Made by a program: the position numbers and the translations under genes
The notes under the pieces: generated by a model
Told to the model about the DNA's origin: nothing
The model's input: only the letters and a program-made list of their open reading frames with translations
Databases searched by the model: none
From: a virus
Lineage: Duplodnaviria > Caudoviricetes
Length of the DNA stretch: 64,000 nucleotides
IMG/VR virus record: IMGVR_UViG_3300046642_000423
Coordinates: 1,031 to 65,030 of that record
Direction: 5' to 3' (one strand)
In this document: positions 1 through 9,304 of the stretch, piece by piece
How the letters are laid out: every line of letters starts with the position of its first letter
How positions within the stretch are numbered: the first letter of the stretch is position 1

Positions 1-368
1 AACTTCTGCAAGCGTCCACGCCTGCCGGTATTCAGTGGGTATCGTTGCAATACGATGAGCCCTTGCCCACCGAGGATAAGGTCATCGTGTTAGAACCAGC
101 TATCAAGGATTGGTCAGATACTGCTGCAATCATCGATAATCTCGATCTCGTTATCACCGTAGATACAGGTGTCGCGCATCTGGCAGGGGCGATGGGCAAG
201 CCTACCTGGCTGATGCTCCCCGGCCGCTCCTCGTGGCCATTTCTACTTAAGCGAATGGACTCACCGTTCTATCCCACGATGCGACTGTTCCGCAACGAGT
301 CACTCGGCCTTGAGCACACGGTGAATTCTGTGGTCGCTGCGCTCGAACATTACAAGGTTCACAAATGA
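1..368 (+). CDS. GT9-like glycosyltransferase, C-terminal part (5' truncated by window)
   Basis: DWSDTAAIIDNLDLVITVDTGVAHLAGAMGKPTWLML is the typical C-terminal motif of GT9/TPR-GT9 proteins; the frame is open upstream. Confidence 0.85.
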   Translation, partial: LLQASTPAGIQWVSLQYDEPLPTEDKVIVLEPAIKDWSDTAAIIDNLDLVITVDTGVAHLAGAMGKPTWLMLPGRSSWPFLLKRMDSPFYPTMRLFRNESLGLEHTVNSVVAALEHYKVHK

Positions 369-976
369 GCACAGCCATCACCTTCCCTGATATCTCCGAG
401 TGGTACACGCCCGAGCGGATTGCCGCCGAGGAACCATCATGGCGAGCAGGTGGAGAGCGGAACGCTTATAAAATCTCAGCACTCCAAGGACAGTTTCCTA
501 TCCAGACCATCGTCGAGTGCGGCTGCGGTACAGGGTGGGTGCCGTACTTTCTCAGTCCCACCCATCCATACATTGGACTCGATAAGAACGCTCACATGCT
601 TGGCTACGCACGCGTGCGAAATCCTTCTCTTTCCTTTATCCAAGGAGATATTCATAACGCCGCACATCTGAGCGTATCCGCTGACCTCGTGTGCAGCTTC
701 TCCGTGCTCAAGCATTTCAGTCTAACTGACTGGCCGGTCTGCCTGCGCAACATCCTCTCAGTAGGACGATATGCCCTGTTCACTCAGCACATTCTTCCCA
801 ATGATCGCGAGCCGATGGACATAGGTACTGAATGGCACGAAAGCTGGCCAACTCGCAGCATGGTCGAACAAGTAATAGCAGACGCAGGCCATGAAATCAT
901 CGCCGAGGACGCCTCCCATATGAACGAAGCAGTCGGCGCACCAGAAGTCTATCTAACCACAAGGAGAAAATCGTGA
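365..976 (+). CDS. Class I SAM-dependent methyltransferase
   Basis: VECGCGTG motif I, GLDKN, FIQGD and ADLVCSFSVLKH motifs. Confidence 0.85.
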   Translation: MSTAITFPDISEWYTPERIAAEEPSWRAGGERNAYKISALQGQFPIQTIVECGCGTGWVPYFLSPTHPYIGLDKNAHMLGYARVRNPSLSFIQGDIHNAAHLSVSADLVCSFSVLKHFSLTDWPVCLRNILSVGRYALFTQHILPNDREPMDIGTEWHESWPTRSMVEQVIADAGHEIIAEDASHMNEAVGAPEVYLTTRRKS

Positions 977-1665
977 GCGAGACTGCAACCATCCTTGCAG
1001 AGTTCGGTTTGATCCCAGCTGGTACCGAAGATACCATTTTCGGTTCAAAGCTGGTTCGTGCAGCGCGTCAAATTCGTGATCTCTATCCAACTTTGGACTA
1101 TGACCACCGTCCCGACTCACCGGAATGGGACCTCAAGTTCCCTTACTTGATGACCGAACAGTTCCGCCGGGGCTATGCGTGCTTCAAGTTTGCTGTCTCG
1201 CATGTTATTCAACCACGAACGATCTGTGAAATAGGCGTCGGCGCCGGTACGGCAGCTCGTGCGTTCCTTGCAGCTTCTCCTGGCGCGCATTACATCGGCA
1301 TCGATGATGGTTCAAAGGATCGTGGAGACGATGTTCATCTAATCGATTACACGCGCGATCTGATGGAGAAGAATGGTCAGTCGCATGAGTTCATCTTGCA
1401 AGACAGCATGACCTTGCAGTCGGTACCGTGCGTGGATCTGTTCCATGTGGATGGCAATCACTCCTTCAACAACGCATTCAACGATACGCGCCTAGCCTGC
1501 GAGTCCGGTTCTGAATGGATTCTCATTGACGACTCGCGCGATATGGTCGTGGCAGCCGCTGCGATGATGGCTGCCTATTCCGTCCGAGGTTCGGTGATGC
1601 ACCACTGGGCGACCTTTGAGGACACTTGGACCGGATCCATTCTCCTCCATCGGGCGGATCTATGA
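973..1665 (+). CDS. Methyltransf_24-like O-methyltransferase
   Basis: ICEIGVGAG...YIGID...VDLFHVDGNHS...ILIDD pattern. Confidence 0.8.
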   Translation: MSETATILAEFGLIPAGTEDTIFGSKLVRAARQIRDLYPTLDYDHRPDSPEWDLKFPYLMTEQFRRGYACFKFAVSHVIQPRTICEIGVGAGTAARAFLAASPGAHYIGIDDGSKDRGDDVHLIDYTRDLMEKNGQSHEFILQDSMTLQSVPCVDLFHVDGNHSFNNAFNDTRLACESGSEWILIDDSRDMVVAAAAMMAAYSVRGSVMHHWATFEDTWTGSILLHRADL

Positions 1666-2609
1666 AGTTCATACTTCCCACCGGGATAGGCGACTCTGTA
1701 TGGGCTCTGCACAAGATAAAAAGCGTGCGCGACCAGCATGATCCATCCGGTCCCATTGATATCTACCTTGCCGGGACCGACAGTGAAATAGAAACACGCG
1801 CGCTGGACTTCCTGCGGCGATTTGACTTTGTCAACTCTGTAGAGATGCGCGATTGGGGATTGCTTGGTGATCCCGTGACCACTCCAGACGGTTACTTTAA
1901 TTACGTCGAGGACGGTATGTATGAGTTCAAGGGAGAGCAGGTCTGTGCGCTAATCCCCAACGCTGCCCTTGAGCGTGGAATCCGCCTTGAGGATTGGCTG
2001 CCGAATCATCAGATCGACTGGGATATCTTCAAACACTTCGATATCACTTACAAGGAACGCGCAGCAGCCGAGCGAATCGCTTCCGCTGGCCCTTACGCCG
2101 TGTTCTATCCAGGTCCGCTACAAGGAAACACAGTCAATGGTCACAATCGCGGGATGATGTGGAAGCCACAGGAGTGGATTGACCTCGGACGACGCATCCA
2201 CAATGAATTCGGATTGAATATCGTCGTGGTCGGTGCGCCATACGATTCTTCTTACTATGATCTGTTCATTAGCACCGCTCTCAATGGCGACGGTTCCTAC
2301 TGGAACAATCAAATCGGCCATACGAAACTCGGTGAACTGTTCTCCATTACTAATAACGCTGAATTTGTCATCTCCTACCAAGCCGGCGTGGGCATCGTAT
2401 CTACCTACCTGAACACTCCGACGGCAATATTCTGGCGCCCGCGCGGCAATTCCATTTCGCCTGACCGATATATCTCATTCGAGGAGTCGATGGCATCGGC
2501 ATGGGTGCCTCCCAGCATTCTATTTCAGGAAACTCATCTTCCACTAATCTACGGCAGACATAAAGTGGACGATATAATGAGCGAAATTACTCAGCGAGGG
2601 TGGGCTTGA
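1662..2609 (+). CDS. GT9/heptosyltransferase-like glycosyltransferase
   Basis: N-terminal GIGD motif, WxxxxW, IVVVG, NQIGHTKLGEL and AEFVISYQAGVG. The ATG at 1662 overlaps the upstream stop (ATGA). Confidence 0.8.
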   Translation: MKFILPTGIGDSVWALHKIKSVRDQHDPSGPIDIYLAGTDSEIETRALDFLRRFDFVNSVEMRDWGLLGDPVTTPDGYFNYVEDGMYEFKGEQVCALIPNAALERGIRLEDWLPNHQIDWDIFKHFDITYKERAAAERIASAGPYAVFYPGPLQGNTVNGHNRGMMWKPQEWIDLGRRIHNEFGLNIVVVGAPYDSSYYDLFISTALNGDGSYWNNQIGHTKLGELFSITNNAEFVISYQAGVGIVSTYLNTPTAIFWRPRGNSISPDRYISFEESMASAWVPPSILFQETHLPLIYGRHKVDDIMSEITQRGWA

Positions 2610-5600
2610 ATGCGAAGATTCCTACATCTATTGTGGTTGCTGCCACTGCTGCTATTCTCCGCAGCGCCTGCGCACGCGACCAACGAAGCCGCGCATGGCT
2701 GGTGCGAGGATGGCAATCAACAAGTCATCCTGTCCGGTCTGATGTCCACCACGCTCGCGCAGGAATCGTTCCCACAATGCACCATCTACGTCTATAACCA
2801 TGGTGGCGGGCTCGCAACGATCTACTCTGATGAGAACAACACTCCGCTTGCTAATCCATTCACCGCGAACACGAATGGCCAGTGGATCTTCTACGCAAAT
2901 GATGGGCGATATGACGTCAATATGTCTGGCGGGACTCCGATCGCATTCCCCGGCCCAGTAACGATATCCGATATTACTCTGGGAGGATCTGGAGGCGGGT
3001 CAGGCGTAGGCCGACGAGTCTGCATTATGCGTGCAGGTTCCGATGATGGATCTGCCCTTACTAACGCTCAGATTGCACCGCAGACCATTCAATGCGAAAT
3101 CACAGATGATGCGACAGTGATTGAGGTAGATGTGACCGCTGATGGCGGCACGCCCACAACGATCGCCTCGCGTATTCGTGGGGGAGCATCCGTTGACCTT
3201 GTATCCTCCACGCTTACGACTGGCGCAGTAGGAGCCCTGGCCTGTTCCAACGCAACAGGCAGTTTGGGCATTGATGGAACAACCACCTGCGCGATGACTC
3301 TCCAGAACACGACCCTCGCAGCAGGTGATTATCTCTACACGCGCACGGCGACCGCAGGTGGGGTTGCCAAAGTATTCACTGTTTCTGTTGTATTCACGCA
3401 GGCCGGCGGTGGTGGAGGTGGTGGAGGCACAGGACTGACCAGTATTGGCCTGACGATGCCATCCTGGCTCACCGTTGCGAATTCTCCATTAACCTCGAAT
3501 GGTACACTCGCCGTGACGCCGACAGCTGGCCAGTCTTCACACCTCGTCATTGGCACCTGCAATGCCGCTACGACCTTTGCACCGTGCTTACTTGTAGCGG
3601 CTGATCTGCCCAACACAGCCGTATCTCCAGGTTCCTACACGAATGCGAATATTACTGTGGATGCGCAAGGACGACTTACCGCTGCATCAAACGGCGCCAG
3701 TGGAGGTATAGGCACTCCCGGCATGCCAACTACAAGTGTCCAGTTCAACTGTGCAGGCGCGTTCTGTGGCGATGCTGCAATGATTTGGGATAACACAGCG
3801 AAGTCCTTGAATCTTTCAAATGGTTCTCTCGGTGCATCCGAAGCCACCTTAGATTTATCTGGGAGTGGTGCAGGGACTTCCTTTCAAGGATTCCCTGCAA
3901 TTTTAGCGGTGCGTGCTCCAGATGAGAATGGTCCTTGGGGGCAGGTATGGACGAATGAAGTATACAAAGCGTCTACTGGTGGAGCCGCGGGACAATTTTG
4001 GGAATTATTCATAAACGATGCTGGAGATACATTCTTTCAATGGGGTGGTGGCACCGGACCAGGAGTAAGCGATCAAGGTATTCAATTTTATCATAACGGC
4101 GAAGTAGAAACGGGTGGACCGCTTCAGATAGACGACCTTGTAAACGCAGCAAACGGTGCTTTTGGCATAGCGTTAGATCCTAATGGAATTGGAGCATTTA
4201 CGTTTTCTGAGGCTTTTGATTCAGTGCATGGCGTAACGCCAACTCTGGGCATTCCTTCTTATGCGACTGACCCAAACACTGCTGGATGGGGGGCAGGCCA
4301 AAAGGGGCGCGAATGGTTTAACTCCACTGGCAACGTCGTAAAATATTGGAACGGGTCATCGGTGCAGACACTCGGAACTGGCGCGAGCACGCCTTGCACC
4401 TCTACTGCGCTCTCCATCCAATATAACCTCGCTGGAGCCTTCGCCTGCACACCGATGACCTATACGGTCGGCTCAACCACGCTTGCGACTAATGCAATCA
4501 CGGTCGATGCGAGCTTAGCGACCTCGGTTAAGCTGCCTTATCTGTGGATCGTCAATTCTTCTGCTCCGTCTGCTATCTCGGGCAACTCGATCTGCTACGC
4601 GACGACAACGAATATCAACTGCTCGATCAACGGTGGTGGATTCAACGCGATCAATATCGGAGTTACTCCAGTTACTCTCGGTGGGACGGGCTTGGCGACG
4701 CTCACTGCGCATGCACTTATCGCTGGAAATGGAACCTCAGCCGTAACGGTACTCGGAACAGGAACCCTTAATGACTGTCTGCTGTCTGCTGGTGCTGGCG
4801 CTGACCCAGCATTCGGAGCTTGCCCAGGCAGCGGTACGATCACCTCGTTCAGTGCGGGCAATCTCTCACCATTATTCACCTCGAGTGTGGCGACCGCGAC
4901 CACGACTCCAGCGCTTACCTTCGCATTGACCAGCGCGGCAGGCGGTACGGTGTTCGGACGCTCAGCCGGGACCACCGGAGCTCCAGCCTACACCTCGACT
5001 CCCGTGCTGGGTATCCCGACCAGCGTAATTGGCACACTGGGATTCGCGGGGAACACTTCCGGCACGGCAACGATCACTCCGCAGGCAGCTGCTGGGACGC
5101 CGAACCTGGTCCTGCCAATCTTGTCCGGCACGTTCGCGGTCAGCGCGACCGCTCCAGTCACATTAAACACGACCACCGGCGACATCGGCTGCGCGACCTG
5201 CTTCCGCACAGATGCCAATGGGACCTCGGGCGCGTTCGTCTACACTTTCGCAGCCGCTACCTCCATCGTTCCTATGCGCGTAGCGGCCGGGGCCACCGTG
5301 GCAGCGAATGGACAAATGGCTTTCGATACGACCAACAATAATCTCCATTTCTATAACGGCAACGATCGAGTCGTGGCGGTATTCGACGGCACCGCGCAGG
5401 TGAATGGCGGCTGCTTGCAAGCTACTGTGGCCGCTTCCAAGGTGGAAGTGACCAATACCGGCGTGAATTGCAACGGCGCGGGCAGCGTGGCGTTCAGTGC
5501 TCTCACCAGTTCAACCAACACGACTGCAACGATGCACGTCGGCACGGGTGCGACACTTGATACATCCGGTTCGGGCGTATTGAATGCCAACGAAATCAGT

Positions 5601-6728
5601 GCGACCACAATCCCAGCAACCTCTACCGCCGATCAGGTTCTCCAGACGACTGCATCTGCGACTGGCGCATGGAAATCTGTTCCTCTTTGCACAGACACTG
5701 GCGGACAGCACTTGAACTATGACACCTCCACGCATACCTGGTCCTGCGGAACGTCCGGCACATCTGGTCCATCTGCGCTCTCCAGCATCACGGCGATGAC
5801 CACCAATGCAACCATCAACAATGGTGACAATCCTCTGCGTTGGAATTGGGATGGAACGACCTCTGGGCGGGTAGGATTCCTTGTCTCTGAGAACATCGCA
5901 TCGACCTCAGCCGGCACGCCAGTCTTATTTGCCGTCCGAGCCATCGCATCCTCAACCATGAATCCCTTTGAGGCGTCCTTCAATGGCTTGGGCGTGCGCA
6001 TGAATACTTCCGGTGTGTTGCAAGCAGTCAGCACAGGCGGCATCGACTGGCCAGCGTTGCTCAACTACCCTTCTGCTTGTGTCAACCAGTTCATCCGTGC
6101 GCTGTCCGACACGCCGACCTGCGCTACGGTTAGTCTGACCGCCGATGTGTCAGGCATTCTCCCGCAAGCAAACGGTGGAACGAACACTGCGAACGCGCCG
6201 ATCAAGCGTGCGTACTTCCAATTCGCAGGAAACAACGCGACCACGGTAGGCGCCGGCTGGGATCTCCCAGTGACCACTCCAATGGTCGCCACCTCCAAGA
6301 TTGACGGAACGAATGGTACCGTTCAGGGCACGCTCAACGCCGCCGATGGCCAGATCGCCTACGCAACCTGGATCATCCCAGACGACTTCACCTCATTTAA
6401 TTCGGCCAAGATTCGCTTTACTACGACCGATACCACGAACGGACACACGATCATCTTCAATATCGCGACAGCCTGTACCAACCCGAACGCTACTGTTACC
6501 GACACGCCGAATTATAACGTCGCCAACGCCTTCACCACCGTGACGATCGCTGGTGGGGCGGTGGCGAACGCGGCTTATTCGACCACAGCGGGCACAGTGA
6601 CCGCGACAGGCTGCGCGGCAGGCTATATACTGCACATGAAATTGACGCGCGCGACGGATACTGCAACGGATACAGCGGTTGCGCTCACCGGAGGACTCTT
6701 GTTGGCCTACAATGGATCATACCAGTGA
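2610..6728 (+). CDS. Large tail fibre/appendage protein with Sec signal peptide
   Basis: Signal peptide MRRFLHLLWLLPLLLFSAAPAHA. Followed by ATIYSDENNTPLANPFTANTNGQWIFYANDGRYDV, resembling tailspike N-terminal anchor domains. Also SPGSYTNANITVDAQGRLTAASNG and LGGTG fibre motifs; T/G/A/S-rich. Confidence 0.75.
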   Translation: MRRFLHLLWLLPLLLFSAAPAHATNEAAHGWCEDGNQQVILSGLMSTTLAQESFPQCTIYVYNHGGGLATIYSDENNTPLANPFTANTNGQWIFYANDGRYDVNMSGGTPIAFPGPVTISDITLGGSGGGSGVGRRVCIMRAGSDDGSALTNAQIAPQTIQCEITDDATVIEVDVTADGGTPTTIASRIRGGASVDLVSSTLTTGAVGALACSNATGSLGIDGTTTCAMTLQNTTLAAGDYLYTRTATAGGVAKVFTVSVVFTQAGGGGGGGGTGLTSIGLTMPSWLTVANSPLTSNGTLAVTPTAGQSSHLVIGTCNAATTFAPCLLVAADLPNTAVSPGSYTNANITVDAQGRLTAASNGASGGIGTPGMPTTSVQFNCAGAFCGDAAMIWDNTAKSLNLSNGSLGASEATLDLSGSGAGTSFQGFPAILAVRAPDENGPWGQVWTNEVYKASTGGAAGQFWELFINDAGDTFFQWGGGTGPGVSDQGIQFYHNGEVETGGPLQIDDLVNAANGAFGIALDPNGIGAFTFSEAFDSVHGVTPTLGIPSYATDPNTAGWGAGQKGREWFNSTGNVVKYWNGSSVQTLGTGASTPCTSTALSIQYNLAGAFACTPMTYTVGSTTLATNAITVDASLATSVKLPYLWIVNSSAPSAISGNSICYATTTNINCSINGGGFNAINIGVTPVTLGGTGLATLTAHALIAGNGTSAVTVLGTGTLNDCLLSAGAGADPAFGACPGSGTITSFSAGNLSPLFTSSVATATTTPALTFALTSAAGGTVFGRSAGTTGAPAYTSTPVLGIPTSVIGTLGFAGNTSGTATITPQAAAGTPNLVLPILSGTFAVSATAPVTLNTTTGDIGCATCFRTDANGTSGAFVYTFAAATSIVPMRVAAGATVAANGQMAFDTTNNNLHFYNGNDRVVAVFDGTAQVNGGCLQATVAASKVEVTNTGVNCNGAGSVAFSALTSSTNTTATMHVGTGATLDTSGSGVLNANEISATTIPATSTADQVLQTTASATGAWKSVPLCTDTGGQHLNYDTSTHTWSCGTSGTSGPSALSSITAMTTNATINNGDNPLRWNWDGTTSGRVGFLVSENIASTSAGTPVLFAVRAIASSTMNPFEASFNGLGVRMNTSGVLQAVSTGGIDWPALLNYPSACVNQFIRALSDTPTCATVSLTADVSGILPQANGGTNTANAPIKRAYFQFAGNNATTVGAGWDLPVTTPMVATSKIDGTNGTVQGTLNAADGQIAYATWIIPDDFTSFNSAKIRFTTTDTTNGHTIIFNIATACTNPNATVTDTPNYNVANAFTTVTIAGGAVANAAYSTTAGTVTATGCAAGYILHMKLTRATDTATDTAVALTGGLLLAYNGSYQ

Positions 6729-8287
6729 AACGGATAATTCTGATTTCACTGTTTCTGTTATGTGCATCGAGTGCTCATGCGACTACCTACTACTGGGCGC
6801 AGACGGCAGCCTCGCAGACCTGTAATGGCGGTACGCATACTACCGTCACAACCTCCACGATTCTCTCGACCACGCTGGCTCCAGATGATGTGGTGGTGCA
6901 GTGCGGAACGATAACTTTCTCTGCCAATGATTTTGCGTTTGCCTTCGGTCAGAGTGGAACGAGTGGGCACGTCATTACACTTATGGGTGAATCTGGCGCG
7001 CATTTATTAACATCCCCTGCGTGGAATCCTAACGGTGCAATCAGTCTTGGCGGACGTTCATTTGTTCGCGTTACAAACATGAATCTCACTGCGACAGCGA
7101 ATGGCAGCGGATTAGCCAATCAGCTCAACTCGATGGGCATTCAGATGTCGGGAGCAAGTGATTACGAGATTGATCACAACTCAATCACGCATCTCTATGA
7201 TCACACGTCCACGACGGACGTGACTCCTGACGTGCAAGTTGCCGGATGCTTATATGCAAACGGCGTAGGCAACAATATTCTCATTCACGACAATACTCTC
7301 AGCGATGGCCCATGGTGCATCAATCTGCAATTCAGCGCGCCTGCATCTAACTTACAAATCTACAACAACGATATTTCTCGTGTGCCTCATGCCATCGTCT
7401 TAGGAGGCACAAGCAGCTCTCCAGGTGGAGCGCTATCCAACGTCAAAATTTACGGCAATTATGTGCATGACAATGGGAATTGGGGAACGACCACGGGCAG
7501 TTATCACATCGCGGGATTCCACTTCTATGGAGTTCCTGGGAATACTTCCATCAGCGGGCTCCAAGTCTATAATAATAAGTTTGATGGAACGTGGGGAAAT
7601 GCGGCCTGCCCAACCGACCCTGGTAGTTGCATCACCGCATTCGTATTTGAGGAAGCAGGAACTTCCGAGGCAAGCATTTCAGGACAAGCATTCTTTAACA
7701 ATCTCGGGATATCCGATGCGCCGATCAACAACGGTATCTTCGGCATCTACAGTGGTTCCGGCAGCATCATCGTAAACAATACAATGATTTGCTCGACCAC
7801 CACCACTGGGATATGTTTCGGGACCAACACAAATCTGACTGGATTGGTATTCCGAAACAACGTGATGACCACAGCAAATCAGTTGATTCTGTCCGTCGCC
7901 ACCTATGCATCGCTCTCTCCGAATAAAAATGTGTACGCTAATGGCGGTGGAAACGCCTTCGTCTGCAATGGGAATTTCTATACGTTCGGACAGTTCACAA
8001 ACTGGAAGTCCTGTGTAGGTTCGGCTGGAGATGCATTATCGCTTGCTCCGGTCACAGCGACGCTGAGTTCAGTAGGAGTTCCACAGACTGGCTCCGTAGC
8101 TATCGGCCTGGGAGATAATCTGACATCTACCTACTGTGGAACGTATGCAGCGATGTGTTCGGATATCAATGGCAGCGCGCGTCCGTCAGGTTCCACTGCA
8201 TGGGATTCTGGGGCACTTAATTCAGGTGGTGCGCCGCCGCCGACGCCAGCGCCGCCAACAGGATTGCACGTCATCTCGATTCAATAG
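6725..8287 (+). CDS. Secreted right-handed beta-helix protein (depolymerase-like)
   Basis: Signal peptide ending AHA; IHDN/IYNN/VYNN parallel beta-helix repeats; C-terminal DINGSARPSGSTAWDSGA and PAPPTGL tail. Confidence 0.75.
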   Translation: MKRIILISLFLLCASSAHATTYYWAQTAASQTCNGGTHTTVTTSTILSTTLAPDDVVVQCGTITFSANDFAFAFGQSGTSGHVITLMGESGAHLLTSPAWNPNGAISLGGRSFVRVTNMNLTATANGSGLANQLNSMGIQMSGASDYEIDHNSITHLYDHTSTTDVTPDVQVAGCLYANGVGNNILIHDNTLSDGPWCINLQFSAPASNLQIYNNDISRVPHAIVLGGTSSSPGGALSNVKIYGNYVHDNGNWGTTTGSYHIAGFHFYGVPGNTSISGLQVYNNKFDGTWGNAACPTDPGSCITAFVFEEAGTSEASISGQAFFNNLGISDAPINNGIFGIYSGSGSIIVNNTMICSTTTTGICFGTNTNLTGLVFRNNVMTTANQLILSVATYASLSPNKNVYANGGGNAFVCNGNFYTFGQFTNWKSCVGSAGDALSLAPVTATLSSVGVPQTGSVAIGLGDNLTSTYCGTYAAMCSDINGSARPSGSTAWDSGALNSGGAPPPTPAPPTGLHVISIQ

Positions 8288-8295
8288 GAGGCATC

Positions 8296-8505
8296 ATGGC
8301 ATACGAACCAAATCCATTTGGGCCAGTAAGAGATAAGACTTATCCATCGGAGATCGCGGCGGAGCGTCCTGCACTCGCAACGCGCATTCATTGCGTAGAG
8401 GACTTCGAGGAGCGCGATCCGCGCAATTCGATTCGTGGAAATGAAGAAGATGATCGATGCGCGGAGTTCAATCGACAACTGCGTAAGGGAGCACCGGATG
8501 CCTAA
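8296..8505 (+). CDS. Hypothetical protein
   Basis: Strong SD (AGGAGG); stop overlaps the next start. Confidence 0.65.
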   Translation: MAYEPNPFGPVRDKTYPSEIAAERPALATRIHCVEDFEERDPRNSIRGNEEDDRCAEFNRQLRKGAPDA

Positions 8506-8962
8506 GTCGGAAATTGAAAAGGCATACTTAGCTGGGATACTTGACGGAGAAGGATGCTTTAATATTCATAAGAACACAAATAAAGTTTCCTTCACGGCTA
8601 GGATAATGGTTGGTATGAGTGATCCTAGAATTTTAAAACTGTTTCACGATGAATACGGTGGAAATATTCAATTCTATGAAAGCAAGACCATAAAACACAA
8701 GGATGCATGGATGTGGTATGCCACTGGAAATACTCTTGAGAAGTTATTGGTAGATGTTATGCCTTACCTGATTATCAAAAAACCGCAAGCAGAAATAGTT
8801 TTAGAATTAAGAAATAGCATGAAAACTCATGTGCATTTTGTGCGAGGGAAAAAGGGTACTCAATGTGTTCCGCAAGATATTATGGAGTATCGTCAAGGTC
8901 TTAAGAACAAGATAAATTTCTTAAATAGAACAGGAAAGGCTGATATATGCCTCGCTTCTTAG
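8498..8962 (+). CDS. Free-standing LAGLIDADG homing endonuclease
   Basis: AYLAGILDGEG motif and VMPYLIIKKPQAEIVLE; visibly AT-richer than its flanks. Confidence 0.9.
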   Translation: MPKSEIEKAYLAGILDGEGCFNIHKNTNKVSFTARIMVGMSDPRILKLFHDEYGGNIQFYESKTIKHKDAWMWYATGNTLEKLLVDVMPYLIIKKPQAEIVLELRNSMKTHVHFVRGKKGTQCVPQDIMEYRQGLKNKINFLNRTGKADICLAS

Positions 8963-9117
8963 AGGAACGTCTCAAGAAAGAATATGGCTCCGACAGTAAA
9001 GTTCCTTATATGGTTATGAATAAACTCGGAGCTATGCGCGGCAACAAGGAAACCGCAAAAGGACGTGCGATGGAGAAGAAGCACGCCGCTGATAAGCGAG
9101 GAGGAAAACGTGGCTGA
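8947..9117 (+). CDS. Small basic protein (56 aa, not in ORF track)
   Basis: MPRFLEERLKKEYGSDSKVPYMVMNKLGAMRGNKETAKGRAMEKKHAADKRGGKRG; fills the gap and overlaps both neighbours. Confidence 0.7.
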   Translation: MPRFLEERLKKEYGSDSKVPYMVMNKLGAMRGNKETAKGRAMEKKHAADKRGGKRG

Positions 9118-9292
9118 ACATTTCATCCAAGAGGCCCGCGAGAAGATGGAAGAGAAGGGTACGGTAGGTAAGTTCGGCAAGGCGACCGAGAAGAAGATTG
9201 CCGCTGGTAAGAAAGCTGGTGGTGTGCGTAAGAAAGAAGCAATCTTCGCGCAGAACATGAAAAAGATCGCAGCCAAGCGTTCATCTAAATAA
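9110..9292 (+). CDS. Small Lys-rich protein
   Basis: GAGGAGG SD followed by GTG; MAEHFIQEAREKMEEKGTVGKF...AIFAQNMKKIAAKR. Confidence 0.7.
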   Translation: MAEHFIQEAREKMEEKGTVGKFGKATEKKIAAGKKAGGVRKKEAIFAQNMKKIAAKRSSK

Positions 9293-9304
9293 AGAGGATA
9301 GTGA

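Noticed and set aside
1-2609. Glycosyltransferases as DNA hypermodification enzymes
   Set aside because: They lie in late structural operons and no base-hydroxymethylase partner is seen; disfavoured but not excluded.
8435-8962. Group I intron around the LAGLIDADG ORF
   Set aside because: The flanks are fully occupied by intact overlapping ORFs, and no split gene is evident.
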